DNA of 64,000 nucleotides from Perkinsus olseni (Eukaryota): NCBI GenBank assembly GCA_013115125.1, contig JABANN010000059.1, positions 1 to 64,000 of the forward strand, read 5' to 3'. Shown piece by piece: positions 43,501 to 55,447 of this stretch (position 1 is its first letter; each line of letters starts with the position of its first letter). The notes under the pieces were generated by a model. It saw only the letters and a program-made list of their open reading frames with translations, ran no database searches and was not told where the DNA came from. The position numbers and the translations under genes were made by a program.

Positions 43501-46500
43501 TACTCCGAGCGGGATTCGAACCCGCAACCTTTGGATTAGAAGTCCAACGCTCTATCCATTGAGCCACCGGACCACATTTCCACGTTGCTCATTATACTCC
43601 TCCATCTGCATCGCTCAGCGCCCGCCGAAGCCCTGTGCTCCCGAGTTCCGCCCGGAAGATAACGTCATTGTCGGCAACGCCTGTCTTTATGGTGCCACCG
43701 GTGGGAGGCTCTTCGTGAACGGTCAAGCTGGTGACAGGTAGATTGGTTCGATTGAGGCTTTCCGGACGCACATCGCTTCAGATTTGCTGTACGTAACAGT
43801 GGAGCAGTAGCCGTCGTCGAGGGCTGCGGCGATCATGGCTGCGAGTACATGACTCGAGGAGTTGTTGTCGTCCTTGGCACAACTGGCCGCAACTTTGCAG
43901 CAGGCAGGCGTTCCATTGGGCTCTCCCAATTTTACTTCCCTTCATCTCACCTAGTCCAGCGTGATCACAGGACGTTCACGACTTTTCGATCTTGAGAGCA
44001 ATCTTCGGCGAAAGGATGGTAGTCGATCTCGTTCGAGATTCACCTTGTAATTGTCGCTCAATAGTGCTCGAGTATGTCATCTCGGAATGTTGTTTGGCGG
44101 TTCTCCAGTTCTCACGAGCAGTGCGTTCCGCATGATAGGTATGTCTGGAGGCTTAGCATACGTACTGGACTTGGACCACGACAATTGCAACAAGCAAACT
44201 GTTTACCTCGACCCCCTCGGAGGAGATGCTCGTGAAGATAAGTAGGATCTCCCTGCCCGACGGTCCCCTCTGGTCGACATCCTGAGCTCCCTATTCAACG
44301 ACTGAATCTACCTGTCTCCCGTGTGTGACATTTGAAAGTTCCTTGACTTTATTATCGAAGTTCGTGAGCATATTTAACGTTACCAAAACAGGCGACTCCT
44401 TCAACTCCTTCTCTGTCAGAGTGGCACTCAAAGCTCTTCTCTCGGAGCATCTTAAAAGGACGGGTTCCCCGAAAGCGGCAAGACTCCTCGCTGACTGGGC
44501 CAACTCTATCGAGCGATTCACCAAGGTAACCGACGGCATTTCCAGGTCGGGCATTACCTAATCTCTCATCCCCTCGCCAAAGCTGGCCCGCATCCCTCTG
44601 CGTGGTACCGCTCGGCCCTCGTAATTTTGTGGCGCGCGACGTTGTTCCTGTTCAACAGGTATTCCCCCACGAGTACAAGCGAGTGTTGAAAGAGGCGATC
44701 GTGGAGCATGTGAAGACTGGCAGCACCGTGGCCGCTGGCATCCTCAATGACTTCGAGAATATGCGCCGCTCATGCGTCAGTACGAAGACCTCCGCGAAAA
44801 GCGTGAGTTTTGCTACTGAGACTAACTCTCATGGAGACGAGAACTCTGCATGCGTCCCTCTAATGACCTTTTTATGAGCTGTTCCTTATGTAGCTATTGT
44901 GAGTACTATGCTTATCGTTAGACGTGATGTTTTGGATGGGTACATACGAGGATGTGATTATCTCATTGTTCGCCTTCTCCTGCAAAGATGATCTGAGGGT
45001 TGTGGGGATCGCTTCCTAAGGACCTTCATACCGGTGCGCCCGACACACCTAAACTGTGATTGTATAAATATAAATTGAGATTAATTAATACCAGTCTTCC
45101 TTCAGATCATAGCACGGTATAACCTCTGGAGGAGTACGGTGGATGGGAAGGAAGACCACACACTTGAAGCCTTGGGATTGGGCGACGTCCCGAAAGACAA
45201 TGTTGGCGACCTGCTGCAAAGTGTGGCGTCTGGCCGAGGAATGGCCCGGGCCTTCCGAATGGGGTAAGGCTTTCTCTCGTAGCACTAGCAAGGCTTTAGG
45301 ACACATTGTGGTGAAAGAAGTGAGCCAAGTGTATAACAGGAATACACTGGTGGAAGACAGCGGGGTCGTTCAATAAACCAACTCTGAAACTGGATTTGCA
45401 CTCATTGTAGAACAGAGTGAATGTCATAGATGAGTAGTGGATACAGGAATCAGATAATGGAAGACAGCGGGGTTGTTCAATACACCAATATTGCTTTACT
45501 CGGAATTAGTTTACTGAAGGGGAGTGTGTGTAGCTCAGTAGTCTGGCTCGCCCTGACGCTACTCAAAGTCTTGCGATGATGTGATAAAGGCGGGGCTCTG
45601 TAGGTACCGCATGTGGAGGAAGGGCCATTATAAAGGCTCGAAGGATCTCCTCCGCGGAGTCGACCTCGATGGCTTCCTAGCTGAGCAGTTCCCCAACCAG
45701 TGGAAGAGGTTCACGGAGGGGCTCAAGAAGGTGAGTTCGCAGGTGGTTCTCAATAGTAGCCCAGGACTTAACTTCTCATATATTTCGTTTGTGTTGTTGA
45801 ATTTCATTAAACCCCGAGTTCAACTGTGAGGCAGACAGCGCCATTATTAAAATGACTCTCTGTTCGGAAATGGACGGTATCATATCATGGCGTGCTGCCG
45901 CCTCCCCTCAGAATCCCGGCGCTGGGGATCCGTTGACCCCGGCGGTGAGGACCTTGGCCAAGAGGCAGTACGAAGCGGAGGCTGGCGGGCATTCAAGGAA
46001 GCCTTCGGGTGAATTGGAGAGGGCAAAGTCGGCCAGGAGTTCCGTTGATATCGAGGATGTCGCGGCTCAGGGGAGAGAAGTTGCTGGTAGGGCAGCCGTT
46101 GAGGAATTGCAAGAATGCAAGATATCAAGATTTTGCTTATCAGATCCTCGACCAGCCAGCGTGGCCTTCCCTGACAAGCGAGCTGGGTTCAAGCTGTACT
46201 CGCGACGGAATCCGAATATTTCGCGCGCCGCGAAATCTAGAGTCCTGGACTGGGAGGAAATCTACAGCAAGAAGCCGCATCGATCGAGACTGTAGGTTCG
46301 AATCCTGGCGCCCGCTTTTTTATCGTATTATTATTCGTCATGGCTAGGTATGATCAGCTCCTCACGACCCAGACCGCAAGGTGTATGGACTGCGGCACTC
46401 CCACTTGCCACTATCCGAACAATGGCGGAGGCGGCTGTCCACTGGGCAACCGAATACCATCTTTTAACCAACTCGTCTACGAGGGGCAGTGGAAGCTCGC

Positions 46501-49500
46501 TTTGGATAGGCTGCTGGACACGAATAATTTCCCGGTGAGCACGCTTCAACATTAGATTCGCTTCCGGTCGGAAAGTGCCGAATTATAATCATTATTGCCA
46601 TTTCGCGGTGGTTCTTCAATAGCCGCGGGAAAAGTTCTCCTTCTGAAGCTAAACCTAGCTGCCTTTGGTCAGCGAAATATCCCGTTCACTGCTCGAAACT
46701 GCATCTTGAACGGATGATCCGTTTCACTTGCCGCCATTAGGATGATGATCGTCATTTAATTTTCGCGGTAAATGCTTTTACTCTCTCTATGGCACTGACA
46801 CTGATAGAAGCTTTCCTCATACATCATGCTGTACGTAACACAATCGACACGTCTCTCAGCACAAAGGGCGCCAAGCGTCACGCCAATCCTACACAATAGT
46901 GGTATTCGAAGCTTCTTCTAAATTCCAGCTGCTACGGTCTCCTCGTTATCGTTGCCATGCCTGTACTCTCTCTACGACAGGAGTTCACCGGCACGGCCTG
47001 TCCGGCTCCCTGCGAAGAGGCCTGCGTGCTGAGCATCAACGAGCCAGCGGTGACCATCAAGAGCGTCGAGTTGGCGATCATTGAGCATGCCTTCCAGAAG
47101 GGATGGATTCAACCAATGCCGCCACTCACTAGGTGGGAGTGAGAACCGTCACGCGCCACGAAATTCTTGGTTTTGATCAGGACCTACAAGACCGTGGCGA
47201 TTGTTGGTAGCGGGCCGACCGGTCTGATTGCAGCCGCACAACTGAATAAAGCCGGCCACAGTGTAAGGGGGTTGACCTTTTCTAATTCACGCGTCGCCAC
47301 CTTTTATCCGATTTCACGAGAAAATGTGTGCCTGTCGAGTTCACTTCTTTGGCGTGCTTCTCTTCCCTTGTTGATCTCTGAAGGCTTTGAATCAGATGAC
47401 CATCAGCGCGTTAGTTCAGAATGCGAACTTTGTCTGGCTTAGGTGACTGTGTTCGAGAGGGCCGACAGAATCGGTGGTCTGTTGGTGTATGGTATTCCCA
47501 ATATGAAGTTAGATAAGGTTGATAAGGTGCAGAGGCGAGTTGAGATACTGCAGCAGGAAGGCATCGAGTTCAAGACTGGTTCGTTCACGCTCAGTGCTCT
47601 CTGCTCCACGATGTCGCCTTTGCTATTCCCCGAAAAGGAAAATCTACCACTGTCAACTATGGTGCCCACGAGAGGGCTCGGCTCCGCTGCGCCATTCGAT
47701 GGGTTTTGGGGAGGTCCCACGAACCTGTGCTCCTTTGAGTCTCTTCGGGTCTTCTCATCATTTTTATTTGACTACGAAGAAAGGAAGAGTAACAGCGACT
47801 TCTGTCGAATCCTTCTCGAGGTTTGCTAGAGGAGCAGCCCCTGGAATCACCAAATTGCGTGAAAATTGCGCTCATCAGGATTCGATCTCGCGACCTGTTG
47901 CCTATCGAATTTGTATCAACGGGTGTCAGATATTGAGATCGGCGTGGAACCCAACACGCTGGCATCCCTGAGGAGCACCTACGATGCTGTGCTGCTGGCC
48001 ACTGGTGCCACCCAGTCTCGAGACTCTCTGGCGAAGATACCGGGTCGCGAGCTCAAGGGAATCTACCAGGTGAGCCATGTGGTCATGCCAATAGGCGGCG
48101 TGAGACTCAGCCTGTGGATGGCTCTTGCCTGCGGACTCGACATTGGCCTGGGCGAATTTTTGACGGCCCAACCCCGTTCTACGTAACGGACCAGAGGAAG
48201 GTGTTTGATACCAAAACCAAATATCAAGGGATTTGTGGCATTCTCCGCGACTATTAGCGACTTCAGTGCTGCTGTCCGATTCACCTGAATGCTGATCCCC
48301 TCGTTCTCAGGCTATGGAATTCCTCTCCCTATCCCAGAAGAGCTGGCTCGACTCGGAACATGACGATGAGAAGTAAGCGTAGTTCGTAATTGCGTGGCGC
48401 GTGACGATCGTTCGATCAGGTTTATCGATTGCGCGGGCCGCAAGGTTGTCGTTATCGGAGGCGGCGATACTGCCGTTGATTGCGTTGCCACGGCCATTCG
48501 TCTCGGCGCGGAGAGCGTTCTTCAGTTCTCTCGAAGACCCGTAAGTTTTCTTCTGTGCAGTGCTGACCGCCGTGGGTCATTCTGCGTCGATTCGAATCCC
48601 TCGAGAGTTGAGAAAATTGTGGTATCAGTTGCGGTTAAACATCTTACGATATTATCCTGCTCCACTTGTCGCATGTGCTGGGGCTTTCATCTCAATCGCT
48701 CAAGCGGAGAGCAATGAGATAGACCAATAATTTTCTAGTGGAATTCTCACCGAGTCACGCTGCATGCTGAAAATTCTGAGAGACTCGGGTCACCCGAGTC
48801 GAGCGGGGGTCTCCACCGATGATCGCAAAAGCTCAGAAAGGTGCGTCGGTGCTAGGCTAACTTAGCCGTACTGTCGTTGGCGTTGGACGGCAAACTTACA
48901 CACATACCGATGATCAGGATTCGATTCACCACGGTCCTTCGACAAACTATAATTGTATCTCAGTCTGTCAATAGAGCCTCTAATCTTGAGCACATCTGCT
49001 GAAGCGTTGGACTATGGGCTCACGCACACCCATCACAGTGACCGTGTGTCAGGCTGGATCGAAACCGAAGAGCCGGTGGCCGTACTGGGATGAGGATGTC
49101 TATAGGGTTGAGTATGCTCATGAAGAAGTGAGGTCCCAGGTTCGAATCCCGGTCGCGGCACTTCTCCGATTTTAGGTTCAAGCCGTGCATTCGAGGGACC
49201 CTCGCGAGTATGAAGTTCAGTCCAAGGCGTTCGTTGGTGAGGACGGCATGCTGAAGGGCATCGAGACGGTGCAGGTGTCATTCGACCCGGTAACTAGGAC
49301 CACCAAGCCGGTCGAAGGTGAGCCCTCTTGGTGCCGAATGCCGACTGATGAGAACGCAAAGAGCTCTTTGCCGTCATTCTTTCTTGGCAACACTGGTTTT
49401 CCGGGGGCTTTCGACTGCTATCGTTGGTTTTCGGGCTCGTTATATATTGAGCGACTCGATCAAATCGAGTGATGGAGACAGTCCGTCTGCGTGAGATCTC

Positions 49501-50597
49501 TCAGTAGATCTCAGCCGTTGTTCAGTCGAGTGCCCTGGCGAGGTGTCAGTGTTAGATTTCATTTTCTCTGACTTTTCCACGTTACTGCTCGCCACGACAG
49601 ATGAGTAATTTCGGGTGCCCTGAGCCAGTCGTGGGTCTCTGCCACTGTTGCTCACCATCTCAGCAATGGCAGCAGGCATGCGATCATCATTAGTCTCCAA
49701 GCTCGATCTTTTCGATATTCGTGTCTGTGTCAGGCTCTGAGCACACCTACCCGTGCGATCTAGCGCTGCTGGCTATGGGGTTCACTGGCCCAGATCAGAA
49801 TGTCGACCAGGGAGCACTTCCACGCAAGGAAGGATGTTTTGATGCCGACTACGGAACGTAACAAGGCGTTCTGCGCGCGCCCGATTGATCGATTTCTTCG
49901 GTCTAGATCGAGGTGAGTCAATCTCGTTCAGGTACACGGTGAATGGCGTGAATGCTACAGGAGCGGTCGCCGAAGCTCCCATATTTGCGGCTGGCGACTG
50001 CAGAAGGGGGGCAAGTCTCATAGTCACTGCCTTGGCAGAGGGAAGAGACGTAGCTGCAGTGATCGACAGGTTAGTATTCTTCGCTGTCATTCATAAGGTT
50101 GCGGGTACGATATCTGCGTGCCGTACTGGGTCTCCCTCGCTTGCACACGTTGATCATCCGGGATTGGGCAAACTGAACAAGATGGCTACGATACCTCGTT
50201 TCTAGTGCGTGAGGACTTCTAAAGTATTCAAAGCATGGATTCTGGAGATCGGCTGTGAGGTCAAGCGCGCTCGCCCGAAAGCGCTAGCGTACAGAGCGAC
50301 TCTTCCAGAGGGCCTCATGATACACGTGTGTGTTAGTTTATAGTCCAACGCCGGTTGCGGCGCGGACGGCTCCGACGAATTGCACACGCAGCCCTTTCCT
50401 ACTTCAGTTACCTCACCTCGGCATCTCATCAAGGCTTCTCGTCTGTCTTACCTCGCTGCGTACCCCTGTCGGCCAACCCCGCCCTGTACCGCGGCCCGAA
50501 CTGGTCTAACCGTCAAACCGCTAAGACCGTACCGTCGGTAGCCCATAACAAGGGGCCAATATCATCGTTGAGGCGTGCGGGATCCATCAATAAATGA
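31558..50597 (+). CDS. GLT1: NADH-dependent glutamate synthase (fused alpha+beta), roughly 45-50 exons
   Basis: [119 protein letters not shown] and [12 protein letters not shown] occur in order across exons. Confidence 0.95.
32705..32777 (-). tRNA. tRNA-Arg(CCU), antisense within a GLT1 intron
   Basis: GCCCTGCTGGCCCAATGGATAAGGCGCCACCCTCCTAAGGTGGAGATTCCGGGTTCGATCCCCGGGTAGGGTA folds as a cloverleaf and is followed by TTTT. Confidence 0.92.
38802..38874 (-). tRNA. tRNA-Arg(CCU) variant copy, antisense within a GC-AG intron of GLT1
   Basis: Same as the 32705 copy except two substitutions: a C27-A43 mismatch and a G-U pair in the T stem. Confidence 0.8.
40522..40594 (-). tRNA. tRNA-Arg(CCU), antisense within a GLT1 intron
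   Basis: Identical to the copy at 32705-32777, with a T-tract downstream. Confidence 0.92.
42678..42759 (+). tRNA. tRNA-Ser(UGA) within a GLT1 intron (T-loop reads CTCGAAT)
   Basis: GACAGCG acceptor stem, GTGGA-CTTGAAA-TCCAC anticodon arm, long variable arm GGGCTCTGCCC and G discriminator. Confidence 0.88.
42825..42906 (+). pseudogene. Degenerate tandem copy of tRNA-Ser
   Basis: Colinear with 42678-42759 but with a mutated anticodon loop and a destroyed T-loop (AAGATGGAATCC). Confidence 0.8.
43501..43573 (-). tRNA. tRNA-Arg(UCU), intronless, antisense within a 130-nt GLT1 intron (43489-43618)
   Basis: GGTCCGGTGGCTCAATGGATAGAGCGTTGGACTTCTAATCCAAAGGTTGCGGGTTCGAATCCCGCTCGGAGTA, with one acceptor-stem mismatch (G2/G71). 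Confidence 0.85.
49128..49175 (+). other. 48-nt intron consisting mostly of a tRNA 3' half
   Basis: gtgAGGTCCCAGGTTCGAATCCCGGTCGCGGCActtctccgattttag; removing it restores [17 protein letters not shown]. Confidence 0.85.
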
Positions 50598-51093
50598 CCG
50601 AAAAATGCCTCAGGGGGGAATTGAACCCGGGTCTCGAAGATTTGTTGTACTGCTGGTACTGTTCGGCAGACGATTGACTTTTCTTAATACATCTTTTAAT
50701 GCCTATGATAGAGTGGCAGGCTTGGCTTGCAGTAGATTCAATCACAGATGTCATTTTCACGAATCTTTTCTTCTAAGCTCCGGCTTTGTGTTCATGTGGT
50801 TCATGTCATGAACTTCATGAGGAATCTTTGGGTTGAGCGCGCAAGATACAGAGTAGGTCAGGTGGGTTCCTCTCTTTCATCTTTCAAGGTAGAGCCGATT
50901 CGACACTGGATCACCAGACCTGATGCTGGAAAGGGGTGTACTCAAATACAGTGGGCTCCTCGAGTTCATGGTACATTCTCTTACTCCCTGCTGCTGAGAT
51001 CGACTCCCCCTCGCCTTCCGAGAGCAGGTTGGCTACCAGTGATGCCGTTTGACGACGATGCTATAGCGGGGGCCACCGCTGTCGGTCCGATTG

Positions 51094-51178
51094 AAGCTTT
51101 CCTTATACATCGCGCTGTACATGGTATGATCTCCACGTCTCTCAGTACAAAGGGCGCCGCCGTCGGCTGTCGCGCCAA
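51094..51178 (-). repeat. Dispersed ~85-bp repeat (other copies at ~31947-32018, ~46808-46885 and ~53365-53445)
   Basis: Shared core TACCATGTACAGCGCGATGTATAAGGAA with flanking similarity. Confidence 0.85.
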
Positions 51179-51787
51179 TTTTACACAATAGTGGTCTTTA
51201 GAACGCCTCCGTGGCTAGCTGCTGCAGTCTTTGTCGGGAAGCAAAATTGACGCCGTTGTCTAACAGGTGAGTTGTCGCCCTCTCGAGTTCATCTAGATTG
51301 TGAATCGCCGCGGCATTTCCTGGCTAGTTTGATTCCGGCTCCCTCACTGTTCTGGAGTTTCTCGGTCTTGGTTCTATCAAGCTCTTGGGATCATATGACA
51401 TTTCCTGTATCATAAGCATGCTATCAGTAGACATTTCTTGGCTTCCATCTAGTAGATTTGGAATGGTTTATGAGTGAGTTCGAAATCCAACGCCGGGTTC
51501 ATCTGGAGGTGTGGTATGGTAACTTACCATTGGTAAGCCTAATCCATCGCTACATGGCAAGGTGTATCATGTCTCGTTTTTATGGACGGTCTATTTCGAC
51601 GGCGGCTGCCACGAGGTGCGTCATACGCGCGCTGTAACCCGCTGGTTCGAAACTGAACACAAAGACTGAGTAGCTTCACACAACGACATCATGAAGATCA
51701 TATTCAGGCTTCCATGACTCACAAGACAGGAATAAATTGATAAACTATGAAACGGCAGGCTAAACTACCGTGAGTACCATCATCTCC

Positions 51788-52657
51788 TCATGCGGGTCCT
51801 ATCTCCTTGACATTATTCCCGAGGGCTTTGGTAACCCATCCTTGGCTCTTGGCAACGCTGCGAGCTTCCTTGTAAACGTTGCGAACTTCGGCGCATAAAT
51901 CTTTGAGCGGACCGAAGTTTCTCTCAACAGCCTTGATCACAGCCGAGCAAACTCCTTTGAATTTCTCGGTGATGATTCTCTTTTGCCCGAGTTGACGCTT
52001 ATCACTCGCCCACAGCATGTCCTTTCCCCTCGGGAATTTAAATTGCCTGGCGGCTGCGTACAGTGCGTTTCTATCAGCATTGAAAGGCGATTCATCCATC
52101 TCGTAAAGAAGATCCCAGCCGGTGTTTTCAGGAGGGAACTTGTCTTTGAAGCGGTAGACTGTTTTAACGTCGCCTCGGGATTCTACGTATTGCCATACAC
52201 GGTGGATGAACGTGTAACTGTGAGACCGAGCGAGGAGGGAAACTAAGCACACGGGTCGTAACTTACTAGGCTCGGAATGCAGGCTCTTTACCATCCTCAG
52301 GGCAGTCCATGTCCCAAGTGCTCACGTAATCGGGTCCGACATAGAAACTCAATTGTGCATGCGCAGCTGCGTCGCCGTATGAACAGTAAGTTTCGTTCAT
52401 CATAGCGTCGAAGTGCGAACCTCCATTCAGCTCTCCGTAACTATGAGTACAGGAAACGTGACAAAACGCATGACGGAGAAGCAGACGAGCGAAGATCGGG
52501 CGGCTCTTCCTTCTACTGGCCTGACCAATAACACTCACTGGGATGGACGTTCTTGCATTTTTGCAGGGGCGTGAGGGGAAACTGCAGCACCGATGGCGTT
52601 GTAGGAGGCCAATACGGCAATGGTCGCAGCTCTGATGGCGGAGCGTTTTGGCAACAT
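51788..52657 (-). CDS. Three-exon predicted secreted protein of unknown function
   Basis: Exons 52657-52539, 52440-52267 and 52217-51788 join in frame through GTGAGT..TAG and GTAAGT..CAG introns. The N-terminus MLPKRSAIRAATIAVLASYNAIGAA looks like a signal peptide. Confidence 0.75.
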
Positions 52658-54313
52658 GAGAGTGATCAACTTGAATACTGTATGAAGAAAGCAGTCACTC
52701 TGTGATGCGCGTCTTTCCCTTCCCCCCGTGCTCCTCACTATCAGTTGCGCTGCTCACCATGAGAGATCATCGACGACCTCTTATCAATAATGTTTATAAC
52801 AGCACATGTGAGAACAGCATATCCAGCATACAACACTCTATGACTCATAGACTATGAGTGCGTCTATATAAATGACAGTATCAAATCTAAGTGATTATGA
52901 TTTATTGTGATACTGTAGTTGTGCAAGTGCACAACTATGGCTCCCAAGCCTAGCCTGACGCTAGTTGATGACTTTATCAGTGTTATTGTTGGCAGAATCT
53001 CAGGATTCCACTAAACCATTGACTTGAGTTCCCGATGGTTAACAGATACTGCTATATAGAGAGTTCTATAAAACGTCAGTACTATCATGGTTGAAGTAAT
53101 TATCATATAAAAGATTGGACAGTGAAGTTATGAATAGCCGTCTGAGGGAACTCCTCCTAGGGTCCTAACCCGCATTCCACCAGAAGCTCTGGGCTGGACT
53201 GCGTTGAAGAATGGGGGAAGCCGATGAGATCAGCAACTTTGCAGAGGAAAAAAATATGTCGCTCGTCTATCGGGCGTAGCGGGCGTGCCGAGATGCATTG
53301 CTTGAGCGCGGAATCATCTGGGTTATCGTGCGGTCCACTCTCCCATAGCTTTAGCGCCTCATCGTGGCGTGACAGCCGGCGGCGGCGCCCTCTGTGCTGG
53401 AAAACGTGGCGATTATACCATGTACAGCGCGATGTATAAGGAATTCGATCCGTGGCGTGGAAGTGTAGAGACAAAGCTACACCGAAATTGCCGTGCTCGA
53501 CAATCACCCAATGGGTGGTGACTTTGGAGCGGTGGAGATTCCCGCTTTCCCTTTCCTCCTTCTGTGCCCCCTTCTCGTCTGGAGGCGCCGTTCCTCTCGG
53601 AGATGGGGGGAGAGGCCGACAACCCTGAGATTTTAGTCGGGTCGGCTAGCATTCTGAGGCTCGCGGGCTCGATCACTACGCGCGAACTCTTCTGGTAGGT
53701 GAAGGGATGTACGTGAGAAACTTCACGGAAGGGCGCCGTGCCGTTTCACAGTGAAACTTTCACTATTGTCAGGGTCTGCCTGCGCCGTACTGGTTTGTTC
53801 GCTCATCATCACTGGTCTCTCTCTCGCTGTTCAATCGCCAGCGAGATTGTTCAATATTACATGAGGATTTGGAAGGATCCTAGTTCCTGCTTTTGTGTCT
53901 GCGTACACTGGCACGCAGACGCACAGCGCGGCATCCTGCGCTGTACCGAATGTGGGCCGTCGGCCGCTACATTCCCGGTTGTGACTCGCGATGGTGCCCG
54001 AAGCATGTCGTGCACCATTGCAATGAATGGTTCATTGCGGCCGAGCGATCTGTCCAGCCGAAGTCGTGGGAGCGATTGTGTTCTCCGTGCGATTTCAGAA
54101 TCCTGGCCCGGCAGAACTCTGACATACTTCCTGTCTGTTTTCTTGCTTTTTCTATGAAGAAATATTTGGTTTGCAGTGACTCAATGGACTGACCTATTCT
54201 TAAGCCGTGAGACTCACGGTCCTCCTCACCCTAGCTTGAGCCCACATAGAGCATGGAGGAATCTATAGGTCGCGCCTGTAAGATACGGATGAGGTTAGTT
54301 TAGCTGGTGCTTC

Positions 54314-55447
54314 ATGTCAAAGCCGCATCGAAGGGAAGCGGGCTATGGTCTCCTAGCTCTGGAGACGCTGGGCGTCCATCCCGGTGCGGCCGACTTACCA
54401 TTAGAGCTGCTGGACAGAATTTGGCGTTATGCGCGGGGCCCCGACTTGTGTGTTTCCGCGGAGATCACTCGCAAGCAACGAGAAGTCTTCGCATACAGCA
54501 GATTCTTTGAGCCTGTGGTGGAGTTTTTTGTAGAGCCTAGTACCAACTTTCCCCCAAATCTTGCGGGGGAGGGGCGGCTGATGGTGATGCTGATGAGTAG
54601 CACTATGCTGTACGAAGCCCGAATGGAGCCCTTCGGCTTGGCTCCCGTCACAGCTGGGGGCATTGAAGTGGAATCACCAGAGTACGGCACCACAGTATGT
54701 CGGACGAGTGGCGATTTTTATGGTATCGACAGAATCGGTTTGATGCGTTGGAGGAGAGGAAGCCCTCAGGGGTTCGAGCTCATCCACGATGGATTGAACG
54801 TCTTCCACAGGGAAGTTCGCGTGGCTGGCCGACACGTCTTTTGCGGCGGAGGTGCCGAATCGGGCGCACTAATAACGATACTCACGCTGGACAGACCGGG
54901 TGGTCGAATTTCTCGGCCGCCGTTAACTCTGAGCGTGGCTGATCGTCTCAATGTGTGGACGGCGTTCGAGCGGGCGGACAAGCTTCATGTCGTTTGGACG
55001 GCAGGAGAAGAGCTGAAGTCGATTGAAATGGCCGCCGATGAGCCGTCGAGCGATACGTGGTTCAGGAGAACTCTCGTACACGCTGACTGGGTCAGAAAAA
55101 CCCGCAAGGACATTGAAGTGGTGGCGGACTCAGCTCTACTCATAGGCGTTGGCATGGGCTCAGCAACGCTCTGCATGGTTCTGTTCGACTTGGACGCAGC
55201 TTGCGTCACGCATGTGGTCGATCTCAAGGTTGGTATTAACAGCTTCCGTGTGGTTGGTAATAGGGTCTACTTGCATGAGCGAGCCTCGCCCTTCGGTGGT
55301 AGAATATTTTGGAAAGATATTCAACTGCGGAAAGTCACTTCTCTGCGGGCTGGGTTGCAGTGGAAGGCTCCTGATGTGGCGAAAGTACTAATAGGAGCGG
55401 CATTGCGTAATCGACAGGGAAGTCTCTTGGTCGGGCAGTCAGCGTGA
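54314..55447 (+). CDS. Intronless 377-aa protein with an F-box-like N-terminal motif and a beta-rich C-terminal part
   Basis: DLPLELLDRIWRY resembles the F-box consensus LPxELLxxIFxY, and the ORF is long and uninterrupted. Confidence 0.6.
   Translation: MSKPHRREAGYGLLALETLGVHPGAADLPLELLDRIWRYARGPDLCVSAEITRKQREVFAYSRFFEPVVEFFVEPSTNFPPNLAGEGRLMVMLMSSTMLYEARMEPFGLAPVTAGGIEVESPEYGTTVCRTSGDFYGIDRIGLMRWRRGSPQGFELIHDGLNVFHREVRVAGRHVFCGGGAESGALITILTLDRPGGRISRPPLTLSVADRLNVWTAFERADKLHVVWTAGEELKSIEMAADEPSSDTWFRRTLVHADWVRKTRKDIEVVADSALLIGVGMGSATLCMVLFDLDAACVTHVVDLKVGINSFRVVGNRVYLHERASPFGGRIFWKDIQLRKVTSLRAGLQWKAPDVAKVLIGAALRNRQGSLLVGQSA

Noticed and set aside
45340-45490. Direct repeat ggaagacagcggggt.gttcaata (similar case at ~17590-17870)
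   Set aside because: Two-copy local intronic duplication with no further structure.
49100-49127. Apparent CAT anticodon upstream of the T-arm, suggesting a full tRNA-Met
   Set aside because: This stretch is GLT1 coding sequence (YRVEYAHEE) and forms no D or anticodon arm.
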